Positions 10,462 through 19,814 of a DNA stretch of 64,000 nucleotides are shown here, piece after piece. The stretch's first letter is position 1. Each line of letters starts with the position of its first letter. Under the pieces are notes generated by a model. It saw only the letters and a program-made list of their open reading frames with translations, had not been told where the DNA came from and ran no database searches. The stretch is from positions 64,001 through 128,000 of the forward strand of contig JAWBBW010000001.1 of NCBI GenBank assembly GCA_038824035.1. Reading direction: 5' to 3'. Source of the stretch: Desulfurococcaceae archaeon (GTDB lineage: Archaea > Thermoproteota > Thermoprotei_A > Sulfolobales > Desulfurococcaceae). Made by a program: the position numbers and the translations under genes.

Positions 10462-11490
10462 ATGTCTACAAATGAGAAAAAGGTGTTGAAGGTATTTGTA
10501 ACCGGTGATTGGGACGCAGATGGCGTGATCGCGACTGCGCTGATAGTGTATGGGCAGGAGAAAATGGGTAAATACCCTTTCGAAGCCAATGCAATCGTCA
10601 CCAAGGTGCCATTAGACCCTGATAGGACCAAGTACTTCTTATCCGATTTCAGCGGAGGTTATGATGTGGTCGTTTTCCTGGACATACCGTATAACGAAAT
10701 ATTGGGCAATATCATGAAGATGTTGAAAGAACACTTCGGTGTAAGTAAAATAGTGTTCATAGACCACCACATAACCAGTTTACAGAGGATAGATGAGGTC
10801 AAAACACACGCCGACGAGGTGCTAGTTGATTATAAAAAACCGACCTCCATGCTGGTATACGAAGAGTTGGTCAAAAGAGGTATCACTGTTCACCAGAGAT
10901 TGAGGAGCTTTGTCGAAGTGGTTAAATACATGGATATGGGTAAAAGGGTTCCTAAGGAATACATGAAGTTATTCGAGATAACGAAAATGTTCTCCAAGGT
11001 GCTCACGGCGATCAGAGATGTCGAATTATGGGTCAAGATTGTGGATTGGCTCGCCTCCCCGACGCCTTTGCCAGTACCATTAGACGACGCGGTGTGGAAT
11101 AGGGTTAAAAAAGTGATCGAGGAACGGGATAAGGAGGTGGCTGAAAAAGCCATGGAGCTCGCAATAGGGGCTGTGAGAATAGGTGATTTCAGGTTTGTGG
11201 ATGCCAGGAATGCGTGGAAAAAACGAGGCGTCACGGCATTGGCATCTAAGTTGTCGACCATATTGAAAGCACCCGTGGCATTATTGGCTGGTACAAACCG
11301 AGATTATTCGTTATTGATATTGAAGGCCTCTTATGGCAGGGCTTATAGGATAGCGAAATATCTAGTAGGAGAAGGTGTGGCCTTGGATATAGCCGGGCAC
11401 CCTAATCTAGCTATTGTGAGGCTTCCAAAGGATATAAATAGGCAAGAGCTAATAGAGCACTTGTACAAGGCTGTTTACTACACATCCTGA
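10462..11490 (+). CDS. DHH-family phosphoesterase
   Basis: DWDADG, FLD, IDHH, C-terminal AGHP (DHHA1-like). Confidence 0.85.
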   Translation: MSTNEKKVLKVFVTGDWDADGVIATALIVYGQEKMGKYPFEANAIVTKVPLDPDRTKYFLSDFSGGYDVVVFLDIPYNEILGNIMKMLKEHFGVSKIVFIDHHITSLQRIDEVKTHADEVLVDYKKPTSMLVYEELVKRGITVHQRLRSFVEVVKYMDMGKRVPKEYMKLFEITKMFSKVLTAIRDVELWVKIVDWLASPTPLPVPLDDAVWNRVKKVIEERDKEVAEKAMELAIGAVRIGDFRFVDARNAWKKRGVTALASKLSTILKAPVALLAGTNRDYSLLILKASYGRAYRIAKYLVGEGVALDIAGHPNLAIVRLPKDINRQELIEHLYKAVYYTS

Positions 11491-11505
11491 TAAACAACCA
11501 TATAA

Positions 11506-12582
11506 ATGTCCGAGGAGTGGGACATGGCCAAGATATTGCTTGTGGAGAAGGCCAGCGAAATGCATAAACCCATGGATAACCACCCAGAGAACCATAAACG
11601 CATTGCAAGGATCGTGAGTTTGCTCCGTGAAAGGGGGGTCAGTTATAGCAATGTGCCACTCGTTGACCTAGACCAGTCGTTGATGCTTGCATATGAAATA
11701 CACGCGAAGGGATATATGGATTATTTGCTAAATGTCTCGAAAAATGCGCCCGTCTTGATAGATGAGGACACATATATATCAGAGGATAGTGTTGTCCTGG
11801 CTCTGAGCACCTTATATGTATCATATGAAACAGCTACATATATAAATGACGTGGTATTCTTGATCTCGAGACCTCCTGGCCATCACGCTGGTAGAAATGG
11901 CAAAGCCATGAACGCCCCTACTCAGGGTTTCTGCCTGTTAAACAATGCTGCGGCGGCTGTGTATGGTTTTAGAGAAAGGGGGTTCAAGGACATAGCTATA
12001 TTGGATTTCGATGCTCACCATGGGAATGGTACAATGGAGTTTTTCTACAAAGAGAGGGTTCTCCAAGTGGATTTACACCAAGACCCTAACACTCTTTATC
12101 CATATACGGGGTTCCCACATGAGATCGGTGAGGGCGCGGGACACGGTTTCAAGGCGAACTTAATATTGTTCCCAGGCATAGGCGATGACGTGTTCACAAC
12201 GATATTACGTGACGTGATCGCGCTACTAAAGGAGTATTCACCAGATGCAGTGGTTGTATCAGCTGGTTTCGATGGATTTAGGAATGATGGGTTGGCTGAT
12301 TTATCGCTCACAGAGATATCTTATAACAAACTAGGATATTACCTGGCCAAGCTCGGCGCCCCAGTGTTCATAGTGTTAGAGGGGGGTTACGGTATAGGTC
12401 TTGAGAAAGGACTTTTATCTTTTATCAAAGGCCTTAACGGCGTGGAGGAGGCACATGGCGAATACATGTACTCGGCTAGGTCCATATATAGGGAGAATAT
12501 TAAAATAGCGGGGACTGTTTTGAGAAAAGTGTCGGAGAAGGTATTAGGATATGACATATATGGGCGTCGAGAAAGAGATTAA
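11506..12582 (+). CDS. Histone deacetylase-family protein
   Basis: HPE, RPPGHHA, GFCLLNN, DFDAHHGNGT, SAGFD, LEGGY. Confidence 0.95.
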   Translation: MSEEWDMAKILLVEKASEMHKPMDNHPENHKRIARIVSLLRERGVSYSNVPLVDLDQSLMLAYEIHAKGYMDYLLNVSKNAPVLIDEDTYISEDSVVLALSTLYVSYETATYINDVVFLISRPPGHHAGRNGKAMNAPTQGFCLLNNAAAAVYGFRERGFKDIAILDFDAHHGNGTMEFFYKERVLQVDLHQDPNTLYPYTGFPHEIGEGAGHGFKANLILFPGIGDDVFTTILRDVIALLKEYSPDAVVVSAGFDGFRNDGLADLSLTEISYNKLGYYLAKLGAPVFIVLEGGYGIGLEKGLLSFIKGLNGVEEAHGEYMYSARSIYRENIKIAGTVLRKVSEKVLGYDIYGRRERD

Positions 12583-13108
12583 ACTAGAGATCCCAGGTGA
12601 TCCTGGTCAAGTAGAGGAATTATTGAGGACCAATGGCTTTAAATACGTGGATGAGTGCTTAGAAGTGGATACATACCATATCCATCCATGCAGAGACCTA
12701 GCGACCTCTGATGAAGCCTTCAGATTTAGGAGACACAGGTGTAATGTGAGCGAGAAATACATGGTGACATATAAGGGCCCGCGTCTATCCAGAGATGATG
12801 TTAAATCAAGACCTGAATTAGAGGCAGAGATGGATGAGAAGACATGGTATGTGCTGAGGGCCATCATGGAGAGGTTGGGGTTCAAGCCCTTGATCAGCAT
12901 TACAAAGAGGAGAAAGATCTACGTTACCGAGGGCCTTAAAGCGTATTTGGACGAGTTAATCGGGGTCGGGTTTTTCCTCGAAATAGAGACCATTGGAGAT
13001 AGAGGTATTGATAAGCTTCGAGAACTCCTCGTATTGTTGAAGCCTTTGACCAGGATTATACATGATACCTACTTAGAGATATGTCTTAAAACCAATAAAT
13101 GTATATGA
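12551..13108 (+). CDS. CYTH-domain protein (class IV adenylate cyclase / triphosphate tunnel enzyme)
   Basis: EKEIK (ExExK), FRFR, TYKGP, SRPELE, KRR, FLEIE, TYLE. Confidence 0.9.
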   Translation: MTYMGVEKEIKLEIPGDPGQVEELLRTNGFKYVDECLEVDTYHIHPCRDLATSDEAFRFRRHRCNVSEKYMVTYKGPRLSRDDVKSRPELEAEMDEKTWYVLRAIMERLGFKPLISITKRRKIYVTEGLKAYLDELIGVGFFLEIETIGDRGIDKLRELLVLLKPLTRIIHDTYLEICLKTNKCI

Positions 13109-13759
13109 ATGACTCCACTGAATATTGAAAACATGGTGATAGCCCTGAGCCAGGGGGTAAAAATAGTTGAACTTATTTATAGAAAGCTTGTAGATGAGCA
13201 AATAAGTAGAATGGATGAGATCAGGGATCCACATATCGTGTATGTAACAGACCTTGTCACATGTACACATAAATTCCACCTACGTAAATCATACCCAGAG
13301 TTGACAATTATCTTTGAGCCATCAGCTGTCCTGGGAACTCTCTTACACAAGGGATTAGAGGCGTTTCTTAGCGAGAAAGGCTTCGAGAGCGAGGTCGACA
13401 TAGAGTCGAGGATCGTGGTTGATGGCAATGAGTACTTGTTGAAAGGGAGAGTCGATGCATTGAATAAGGGGGAGAGAGTTGTGGTTGAGATAAAGACAGC
13501 GAGAATTGCCAAAAATCTCCCGCGAGAACACCATATCAAGCAATTGAACATATATCTAAACATGATCGGCTATGACCGCGGGGTATTAATATATTTCACT
13601 CCTAATAGAATAGTTGAACACCCTGTGTCAAGGGAATTCGTGGATCTCGAGCACTTAGTGAGAGAAGTGGTGTATGATACCAGGCATCCTAGATATGAAT
13701 GGGAATGCAATTACTGTGTATTCAGAAAACTCTGCATATATGTAACCACATCGAAATGA
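13109..13759 (+). CDS. cas4: Stand-alone Cas4-family RecB-like exonuclease with Fe-S cluster
   Basis: N-terminal DLVTC, G..LH, GRVDAL..EIKT, QLNIY, C-terminal CNYCVFRKLC; no cas1/cas2 or array nearby. Confidence 0.85.
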   Translation: MTPLNIENMVIALSQGVKIVELIYRKLVDEQISRMDEIRDPHIVYVTDLVTCTHKFHLRKSYPELTIIFEPSAVLGTLLHKGLEAFLSEKGFESEVDIESRIVVDGNEYLLKGRVDALNKGERVVVEIKTARIAKNLPREHHIKQLNIYLNMIGYDRGVLIYFTPNRIVEHPVSREFVDLEHLVREVVYDTRHPRYEWECNYCVFRKLCIYVTTSK

Positions 13760-13822
13760 TCCGATAGCTTGATCTATTTAATCGTAGTTGTTAAATAACC
13801 CGGTATATATACATATATCCCA

Positions 13823-13878
13823 ACGATGATGAGCGCTCGGGTTGGCAGATCAGTGAAGATGGTTTTGAGTACTGATAA
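13823..13878 (+). ncRNA. Box C/D guide sRNA
   Basis: C ATGATGA 13826-32, D' CAGA 13846-49, C' GTGAAGA 13853-59, D CTGA 13872-75; 12-13 nt guides; intergenic. Confidence 0.75.
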
Positions 13879-13991
13879 CAGAGTTAGGTTACGTGTTCAA
13901 TATGTGGTCTCTTTGAAAAGTGGTTATAAGGGTGTTGTTTATCACAGATAACCATATTAAAAGAGGATACAAGCCAAGGTGATTAGTTTTT

Positions 13992-15356
13992 ATGCAGAGA
14001 TTTGTATTCGGCATAGAGGATCTCGACAAGTTATTGGGAACAGCACTGGTTGAAAACACATTGATGGTCATAGCCGGGCATCCAGGTTCTGGGAAAACCT
14101 CGTTGGCATCTACTATTTGCTACAACAATGCGTTGATGGGTGTAAAATGCCTTTACATATCCTCACAGGAGGATCGGGACAAGCTATATAGGAACATGAA
14201 AAAACTGGGAATAGATCTCGAGGAGATCGAGAAAAGGAATTGTTTTAAATTCATCAAACTACCGATCACAGTTACCGAGGAAGGCGTTGAAAAGATGTTC
14301 ATGGATGCTGTGAACAAGTATGTAATCGAATTTAAGCCACAGGTAATCGTAATAGATTCGGCAACGCCTTTTCTAAAGGCCATGGGAGCCGGGATCAAGG
14401 CCAGAGCTATATTGCAGAATTTCTTCACCGAGTTACCCAGGGTAGCGAATGGATTGGTGATATTGATAGCTGAAATACCGCTCTCGGAGAACAGAGTGGA
14501 ATTAGGTGATATAGAGTTCGTCGCCGATTTTGTGGTGATACTCAAACACAAGGTTGAAAGAGGCCTTATCACCCGGCTCATGGAGATCAGGAAAGTGAGG
14601 GGGTCTCCTTTAACTATGGCTGAAATACCATTCTCGATCAGGGAGAATGAGGGCATCTCGGTATTCATATCTCCTGTCCTCGGGGAGATACATGAGAGCT
14701 TGAAGCAATTGAAAATACCATGTGAAAAACTGGTGAAAGCTCTCAATTATCTGTATAAAGGAGATGTAATATATCTTGAATATCCGGCTCATCATAGGCA
14801 TCACCGAACGGCCATTCTAATACCATTGATATCGCTTGTGAACGACATGAAAATCCTCTTCATCAGTTACAAGTACTCACCTTTAATCCTTAGAACATTG
14901 TTTGAGAGCATTATTACCAATGCCGGTAACGTGGATTTAAAGAACAAGTTCCTAGGCAACGTTGTGTTCAAGGGCATAAATCCATTCGCGTACAGCGTGG
15001 TTGAGATCAATTCACTGGAGAATAAAATAGTTGAAGATGTTAAACCAGATATGGTGGTGTTTCACGGGGTTGAAATACCGATGAGTATTTACAAGCTGAG
15101 CACATATGTACCGCATTTGTATAATCAACTACTGATCTTCAAGAACAAGGGGATCTTGGCAGCTAGGTATGCGTCATTTATAAATAACGAGATATCGTCT
15201 ATAAATGCTTCACTCGCCGATGTTGTCTTCAAGGTAATAACGGAGCTCTCGGGGATGAGCCTGAAGACATATATCTATGCGTGGAGAAGGGGGTTTGACC
15301 CTGTTGTCCTGGCTCCAATGGATATCAAGGAGTGCATAGATCAGATCACCGGTTAG
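13992..15356 (+). CDS. KaiC/RAD55-like RecA-superfamily ATPase with duplicated domain
   Basis: GIEDLDKLL, GHPGSGKT, VIDS, ADFVVIL, EIRKVRG; second domain degenerate. Confidence 0.85.
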   Translation: MQRFVFGIEDLDKLLGTALVENTLMVIAGHPGSGKTSLASTICYNNALMGVKCLYISSQEDRDKLYRNMKKLGIDLEEIEKRNCFKFIKLPITVTEEGVEKMFMDAVNKYVIEFKPQVIVIDSATPFLKAMGAGIKARAILQNFFTELPRVANGLVILIAEIPLSENRVELGDIEFVADFVVILKHKVERGLITRLMEIRKVRGSPLTMAEIPFSIRENEGISVFISPVLGEIHESLKQLKIPCEKLVKALNYLYKGDVIYLEYPAHHRHHRTAILIPLISLVNDMKILFISYKYSPLILRTLFESIITNAGNVDLKNKFLGNVVFKGINPFAYSVVEINSLENKIVEDVKPDMVVFHGVEIPMSIYKLSTYVPHLYNQLLIFKNKGILAARYASFINNEISSINASLADVVFKVITELSGMSLKTYIYAWRRGFDPVVLAPMDIKECIDQITG

Positions 15357-16179
15357 TTCTCGCGTTTTTGTTTAAAGGCTGTCTACGAATAACTATTTCC
15401 TCCCCTTTCTCAACCATCAATCTACGTGCCGCATCTCCCATGTTTTCACCTATTTCTAGAAAACCCCATGAGTTTATATAACAGGCCAATGCCCCTTTCG
15501 GAACCATGCTGAAACTCCTCTCGAAGATACATATGTCTTCTGATCTACGCGTCTTAATGGCCAGTGGGGTATCATACGCTATGTTAAGCTCGTTCACTAA
15601 TTGCTCATCGATGTTTGTCATAATATTTCCATATACATCGATCAAAACGACCGTTCCACGTAATTCGTCGTCTTTCACACTGGGCTTCTCTATCTTGATC
15701 TTATTCACAATCGCATAATCAATCTCCACGCCTATCTCCTCTAGTGGAACATCCTTACTCACCCACGCCGCGACAGGTGCGAACAGGTCTCTCCCATGGA
15801 ATGTCGAGGACATTTTGCCAAGTCTATATCTAGTGTTCGAGATATCGAAAACGCGTTTAACTCTATCAGCCTCGGCCAGCAATGTTAGACAACCATTATC
15901 AGGTCCTATTAAGATGTAATTGGAGGTCTCGATCAATAGTGCCCTCCTCGCGCTACCCACGCCTGGGTCCACTACTACTACGAATATAGTCCCTCTTTGG
16001 AAATACTTGGCTGAAATAGCCAATGTCAACGCGGCTTCGAGGATATCGTGCCTGGTTATGCCATGTGTCAGGTCAATTATATCGACATCTGGGTTAATCG
16101 ACTTTATAACAGCCTTCATGACGCCGACATATGGGTCTTTGTACCCGAAATCGGTTATAAGGGCTATGAGCCTCTTCAT
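15346..16179 (-). CDS. SAM hydrolase / SAM-dependent halogenase family (DUF62)
   Basis: ITDFG, VVDPGVGS, GPDNG, STFHGRDLF, DVYGN, NSWGFLEIG. Confidence 0.93.
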   Translation of the reverse strand: MKRLIALITDFGYKDPYVGVMKAVIKSINPDVDIIDLTHGITRHDILEAALTLAISAKYFQRGTIFVVVVDPGVGSARRALLIETSNYILIGPDNGCLTLLAEADRVKRVFDISNTRYRLGKMSSTFHGRDLFAPVAAWVSKDVPLEEIGVEIDYAIVNKIKIEKPSVKDDELRGTVVLIDVYGNIMTNIDEQLVNELNIAYDTPLAIKTRRSEDICIFERSFSMVPKGALACYINSWGFLEIGENMGDAARRLMVEKGEEIVIRRQPLNKNARTNR

Positions 16180-16231
16180 GTGAAACCCCTGTTGTAAAGA
16201 TATAAATCGTCTCTAGGTCTTATTTTAAATC

Positions 16232-16294
16232 AGCCGGGGATGGGTACGACGGGCGGCCTGAGAAGTGATGACCCATTGTAGCCACTACCCGGCT
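16232..16294 (+). ncRNA. Box C/D-type guide sRNA with degenerate terminal boxes; predicted 16S targets
   Basis: Terminal stem AGCCGGG/CCCGGCT; D' CTGA 16258-61, C' GTGATGA 16265-71; guides GACGGGCGG and CCATTGTAGCC are complementary to conserved 16S CCGCCCGUC and GGCUACAAUGG. Confidence 0.75.
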
Positions 16295-16389
16295 ATATCT
16301 AATTCACCACAATTCACTGGCCTTTGCGACATCGATCACAGGTCTATAAACTTAAAACCACATATCTATATAGAGATACAAGGAATTGT

Positions 16390-16443
16390 GCCCGATGAAT
16401 TGCAGCGGATATACTGAAAACGTGATGACGTCTCTCAATGAGG
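16390..16443 (+). ncRNA. Candidate box C/D sRNA
   Basis: C-like CCGATGA 16392-98, D' CTGA 16414-17, C' GTGATGA 16422-28, D-like ATGA 16438-41; target not identified. Confidence 0.5.
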
Positions 16444-16452
16444 GGTTATGAA

Positions 16453-17346
16453 ATGGTAATCGAGCAGGTCAAGATATTATTCAACAACACGTGGTATCTA
16501 GAGCCAGGTGGTTTTAGAAAGGGATTTATATTTGTAGATGGCCTATTTGTCAAATCAACTGGGGCTGAGCCAGAGCCGGAATACGAGTTCTCCGAGTTGT
16601 CATATGATCTTGGTGGATATGGCGTTGTCGTACACGGCTATTCCATGATCATAGATACATTGGAGTATTTCCTCAAAGGATTCAGGGACTACTCTATTTT
16701 CACTAAACAAGAGTTAAAGAAAATCATGGAAGCATCCCTCCTTCGATCATATGTCAGCGGTGTCACATTGCCCATTGTGGAAACACCGTTTGTGGACTTG
16801 GTAATGGATATAGCGAGGGAATATTCGTTCAGGATAGGGGTGATTGTGAGACACGATGACCGCTATGATTTCATGGATAAGAACATCTTATTCATAGTGA
16901 AGAAAAATGACAACCTGTACAGCAATGACAAGGTGATTACACAGGCCAATAGCGTATGTAAACCCGAGGATGTCAGCCCTGATTGCAATATAATAGATGC
17001 CAGGGGGTATGGCGCCTTATTTACAGGGATAGAGATAGTCTTCAAGAGGTTGAGAAACCCATTGTTGGCGTACAGGTTGCTTACAAACCCCTATAGATTA
17101 CTCAGCGTAGACGATGGCTTCGTTCAATCAGGCGCTTTAGCTGATCTATTGGTATATGACTTGAAAGACCCGTTGAAATCACTGCCGCTTTCGGACCCTG
17201 AGCAATGCTATGAGGTGTTGTCTAGGACGAGTACACCCGATATAGTTGTCGTGAATGGTAATGTTGTTTACGAGCGCGGGGAAAACCTAGTATTCACGTT
17301 GAGCAAGTTACACGAGATCGTTGGAAAGGCGGTCAAGAGTAAGTAA
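16453..17346 (+). CDS. Amidohydrolase-superfamily-like protein, degenerate
   Basis: C-terminal G..ADLLVYD and VVVNGNVVY beta-sandwich motifs; HxH metal motif absent. Confidence 0.55.
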   Translation: MVIEQVKILFNNTWYLEPGGFRKGFIFVDGLFVKSTGAEPEPEYEFSELSYDLGGYGVVVHGYSMIIDTLEYFLKGFRDYSIFTKQELKKIMEASLLRSYVSGVTLPIVETPFVDLVMDIAREYSFRIGVIVRHDDRYDFMDKNILFIVKKNDNLYSNDKVITQANSVCKPEDVSPDCNIIDARGYGALFTGIEIVFKRLRNPLLAYRLLTNPYRLLSVDDGFVQSGALADLLVYDLKDPLKSLPLSDPEQCYEVLSRTSTPDIVVVNGNVVYERGENLVFTLSKLHEIVGKAVKSK

Positions 17347-17353
17347 CTGGTAA

Positions 17354-17444
17354 TGGGCCCGGGGGGATTCGAACCCCCGACCTCCCGGTCTCTGACCTTT
17401 ATCAGTTATCAGCCGGGCGCTCCACCAAGCTGAGCTACGGGCCC
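17354..17444 (-). tRNA. tRNA-Ile(GAT) with 17-nt canonical 37/38 intron (17390-17406)
   Basis: Cloverleaf GGGCCCG...CGGGCCCA, anticodon arm CCCGG-CTGATA^A-CCGGG, BHB helix CTGA/TCAG with TAA and AGA bulges. Confidence 0.95.
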
Positions 17445-17564
17445 ATGACCCATACCATAATAAATTATCCCAGCTTAAAAATATTCATCCGCTGATCAGC
17501 GTTTTTATTCGAATAGCTTTGCTTTTAATCTCAGCTCATCTATATCAATATATCGTGGTTACAT

Positions 17565-19391
17565 ATGCATGGATGGTGGGGCGAAGTCCTATATATAGAT
17601 CTATCGAGGAGGAAGGCCAGGCCTATAAGTATTGATCCGAAGATCTACTCGGAATACATAGGTGGCAGAGGCCTCGCGATTAGATTACTATGGGATTTAA
17701 ACCCGCGTGGCGTAGACCCGTTGTCCCCCTATAACCACCTAGTTATAGCCACTGGGCCTTTATCTGCCATGCCATTGCCAAGTAGCGGTAAACTGGTAGT
17801 GGCGTCTAAGAGTCCCTTAACAAATGGATATGGAGATGGCAATATAGGCTCTCTCGCCAGCTATCATATCAGGAGAACTGGTTTCGACGCGATTGTAATC
17901 GCGGGCAAGGCCAAGAAGCCGATATATCTCTATGTGGAGAACAATAAAGTGGAATTTAATGATGCGGATGATTTATGGGGGTTAGACACGTTCACACTCG
18001 ATGAGATCCTTGTTAAAAGACATGGTAGAAATGTGGGCATATTAAGCATTGGCCCGGCAGGAGAGAACCTGGTCAGATATGCCACTATTGTATCGCAGAG
18101 AGGTAGAAGTGGTGGAAGGCCTGGATTAGGCGCGGTAATGGGGAGTAAATACTTAAAGGCAATTGTCGTGAAGGGGACGCGTGAGCCAGTCATCGCTGAT
18201 AAGGACAAGTTACGGATTATCGCGGAGGAGGCATATAAGAAGATCCAGAGTAGCGATAGTTACGAGTTCTGGATAAGGCAGGGAACGATGGCTACAATAG
18301 CCTGGAGTCATCAAAACAGTTGTTTACCCACGATGAATTTCAGAGAAGGCGTGTGGGATTACTATGAAACCATAAGCGGAGATCTGATGGAGAAATTAAA
18401 GATCGCGAGAAGGGGCTGTCCATATTGTAACATGCAGTGTGGTAATGTAATACTAGACGACTCACTCGAGGAAAGCGAGCTCGATTATGAAAACGTTGCA
18501 ATGCTTGGTAGCAATATATTGTTGGAGGATCTGAGGAAAGTGGCTGAGATCAATAAATTGGCCGATAAACTAGGACTAGACACTATAAGCCTTGGAAACG
18601 TGCTCGGGTTCTTCATGGAGGCCTGTGAGAAAAAGCTTGTTGATGAAAGAGTTGAGTGGGGTGATTACAAGAGAGTGAGAGAACTAGTCAAAGACATTGC
18701 GTATAGAAGAGGCGTCGGCGATTTTCTAGCAGAGGGCGTGATGAGGATGAGCATGGGTCTTGGTAAAGAAGCCAGGGTTTTTGCAATGCATGTGAAAGGA
18801 CTAGAGATCTCCGCTTATGATTGCCATGTAGCCCCTGCAATGGCCCTCGCATATGGGACCTCGCCTATAGGGGCCCATCACAAGGATGCGTGGATTATCA
18901 GTTATGAAGTCAAGACCGATAGAATGGGCTACACGGTTGACAAGGTCGAGAAACTGGTGTTTCTACAGGACATGAGAGGGGGTATGTTCGAATCCCTCAC
19001 CACTTGTAGATTTCCATGGGTTGAGGTCGGCTTGGACCTGGATTATTATCCAAGAATGCTCACAGCCGTCACTGGTATTGACTGGAGCCTTGACGATATA
19101 AGAGTAGTCTCCAATAGGATATATACGTTGATCAGGGCTTTCTGGATACGCGAACACGGTGAATGGGACAGGGAGAAAGATATACCGCCACTCAGATGGT
19201 TTAAAGAGCCATTGACCAAAGGCCCTTATGCCGGCAAACACCTGGATCTCGGCAAATACAATGAAATGCTCAGTGCGTACTACGAGATGCGTGGATGGAG
19301 TGAAAATGGTATTCCAAGGAGAGAGACCCTGGATAAATTAAACCTGGGATTTGTAACAGGTGTATTAGAGGACCTAGTGGAACTTGGCTGA
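17565..19391 (+). CDS. Aldehyde:ferredoxin oxidoreductase family tungstoenzyme
   Basis: YIGGRGL, SKSPLT, IGPAGENLV, GLGAVMGSK, CxxCxxxC, GLDTIS, YYEMRGW. Confidence 0.95.
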   Translation: MHGWWGEVLYIDLSRRKARPISIDPKIYSEYIGGRGLAIRLLWDLNPRGVDPLSPYNHLVIATGPLSAMPLPSSGKLVVASKSPLTNGYGDGNIGSLASYHIRRTGFDAIVIAGKAKKPIYLYVENNKVEFNDADDLWGLDTFTLDEILVKRHGRNVGILSIGPAGENLVRYATIVSQRGRSGGRPGLGAVMGSKYLKAIVVKGTREPVIADKDKLRIIAEEAYKKIQSSDSYEFWIRQGTMATIAWSHQNSCLPTMNFREGVWDYYETISGDLMEKLKIARRGCPYCNMQCGNVILDDSLEESELDYENVAMLGSNILLEDLRKVAEINKLADKLGLDTISLGNVLGFFMEACEKKLVDERVEWGDYKRVRELVKDIAYRRGVGDFLAEGVMRMSMGLGKEARVFAMHVKGLEISAYDCHVAPAMALAYGTSPIGAHHKDAWIISYEVKTDRMGYTVDKVEKLVFLQDMRGGMFESLTTCRFPWVEVGLDLDYYPRMLTAVTGIDWSLDDIRVVSNRIYTLIRAFWIREHGEWDREKDIPPLRWFKEPLTKGPYAGKHLDLGKYNEMLSAYYEMRGWSENGIPRRETLDKLNLGFVTGVLEDLVELG

Positions 19392-19442
19392 ATTATTTTT
19401 TATCAAAGCCCTTTTTTCTAATCCCTAGTTTAGTGATTAGCC

Positions 19443-19814
19443 ATGATTATGGTTGGGAGAGTTGTGAGCGGGTTTGGAGAGGGTGGGAAATACGTTGAAA
19501 TATACATGGATGTAATAGAGAAAGTGCTCGGCATAAAGCCGTATCCGGGCACTCTGAACGTAGAGATATTGATAGGTAATCCCGAGATCCTTTATGGGAA
19601 ACTTAAACCAGTGATCATAAGCCCGCCTGGGCCTGGTTATGGAGAGGTCTATGCCTATAAGGCGAGGTTGAATGGTATTGCAGTGTTCTTAGTGAGACCG
19701 GCCAAGACAAGGCATGATATCAAAATAGTGGAGGTGATTTCGGACAAGTATATCAGGGGGTTATTGAAACTGAGAGACGGGGATCAAGTGATCATAGAGG
19801 TCGATGACCCATAA
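19443..19814 (+). CDS. ribK: CTP-dependent riboflavin kinase
   Basis: GRVVSGFGEG, PYPGTLN, EVIS..IR..L.L.DGD. Confidence 0.88.
   Translation: MIMVGRVVSGFGEGGKYVEIYMDVIEKVLGIKPYPGTLNVEILIGNPEILYGKLKPVIISPPGPGYGEVYAYKARLNGIAVFLVRPAKTRHDIKIVEVISDKYIRGLLKLRDGDQVIIEVDDP

Noticed and set aside
13109-13990. CRISPR-Cas locus around cas4
   Set aside because: No repeat-spacer array or other cas genes seen in the window
17490-17501. 12-bp palindrome CGCTGATCAGCG upstream of the AOR gene
   Set aside because: Short enough to arise by chance in 64 kb; no second copy noticed
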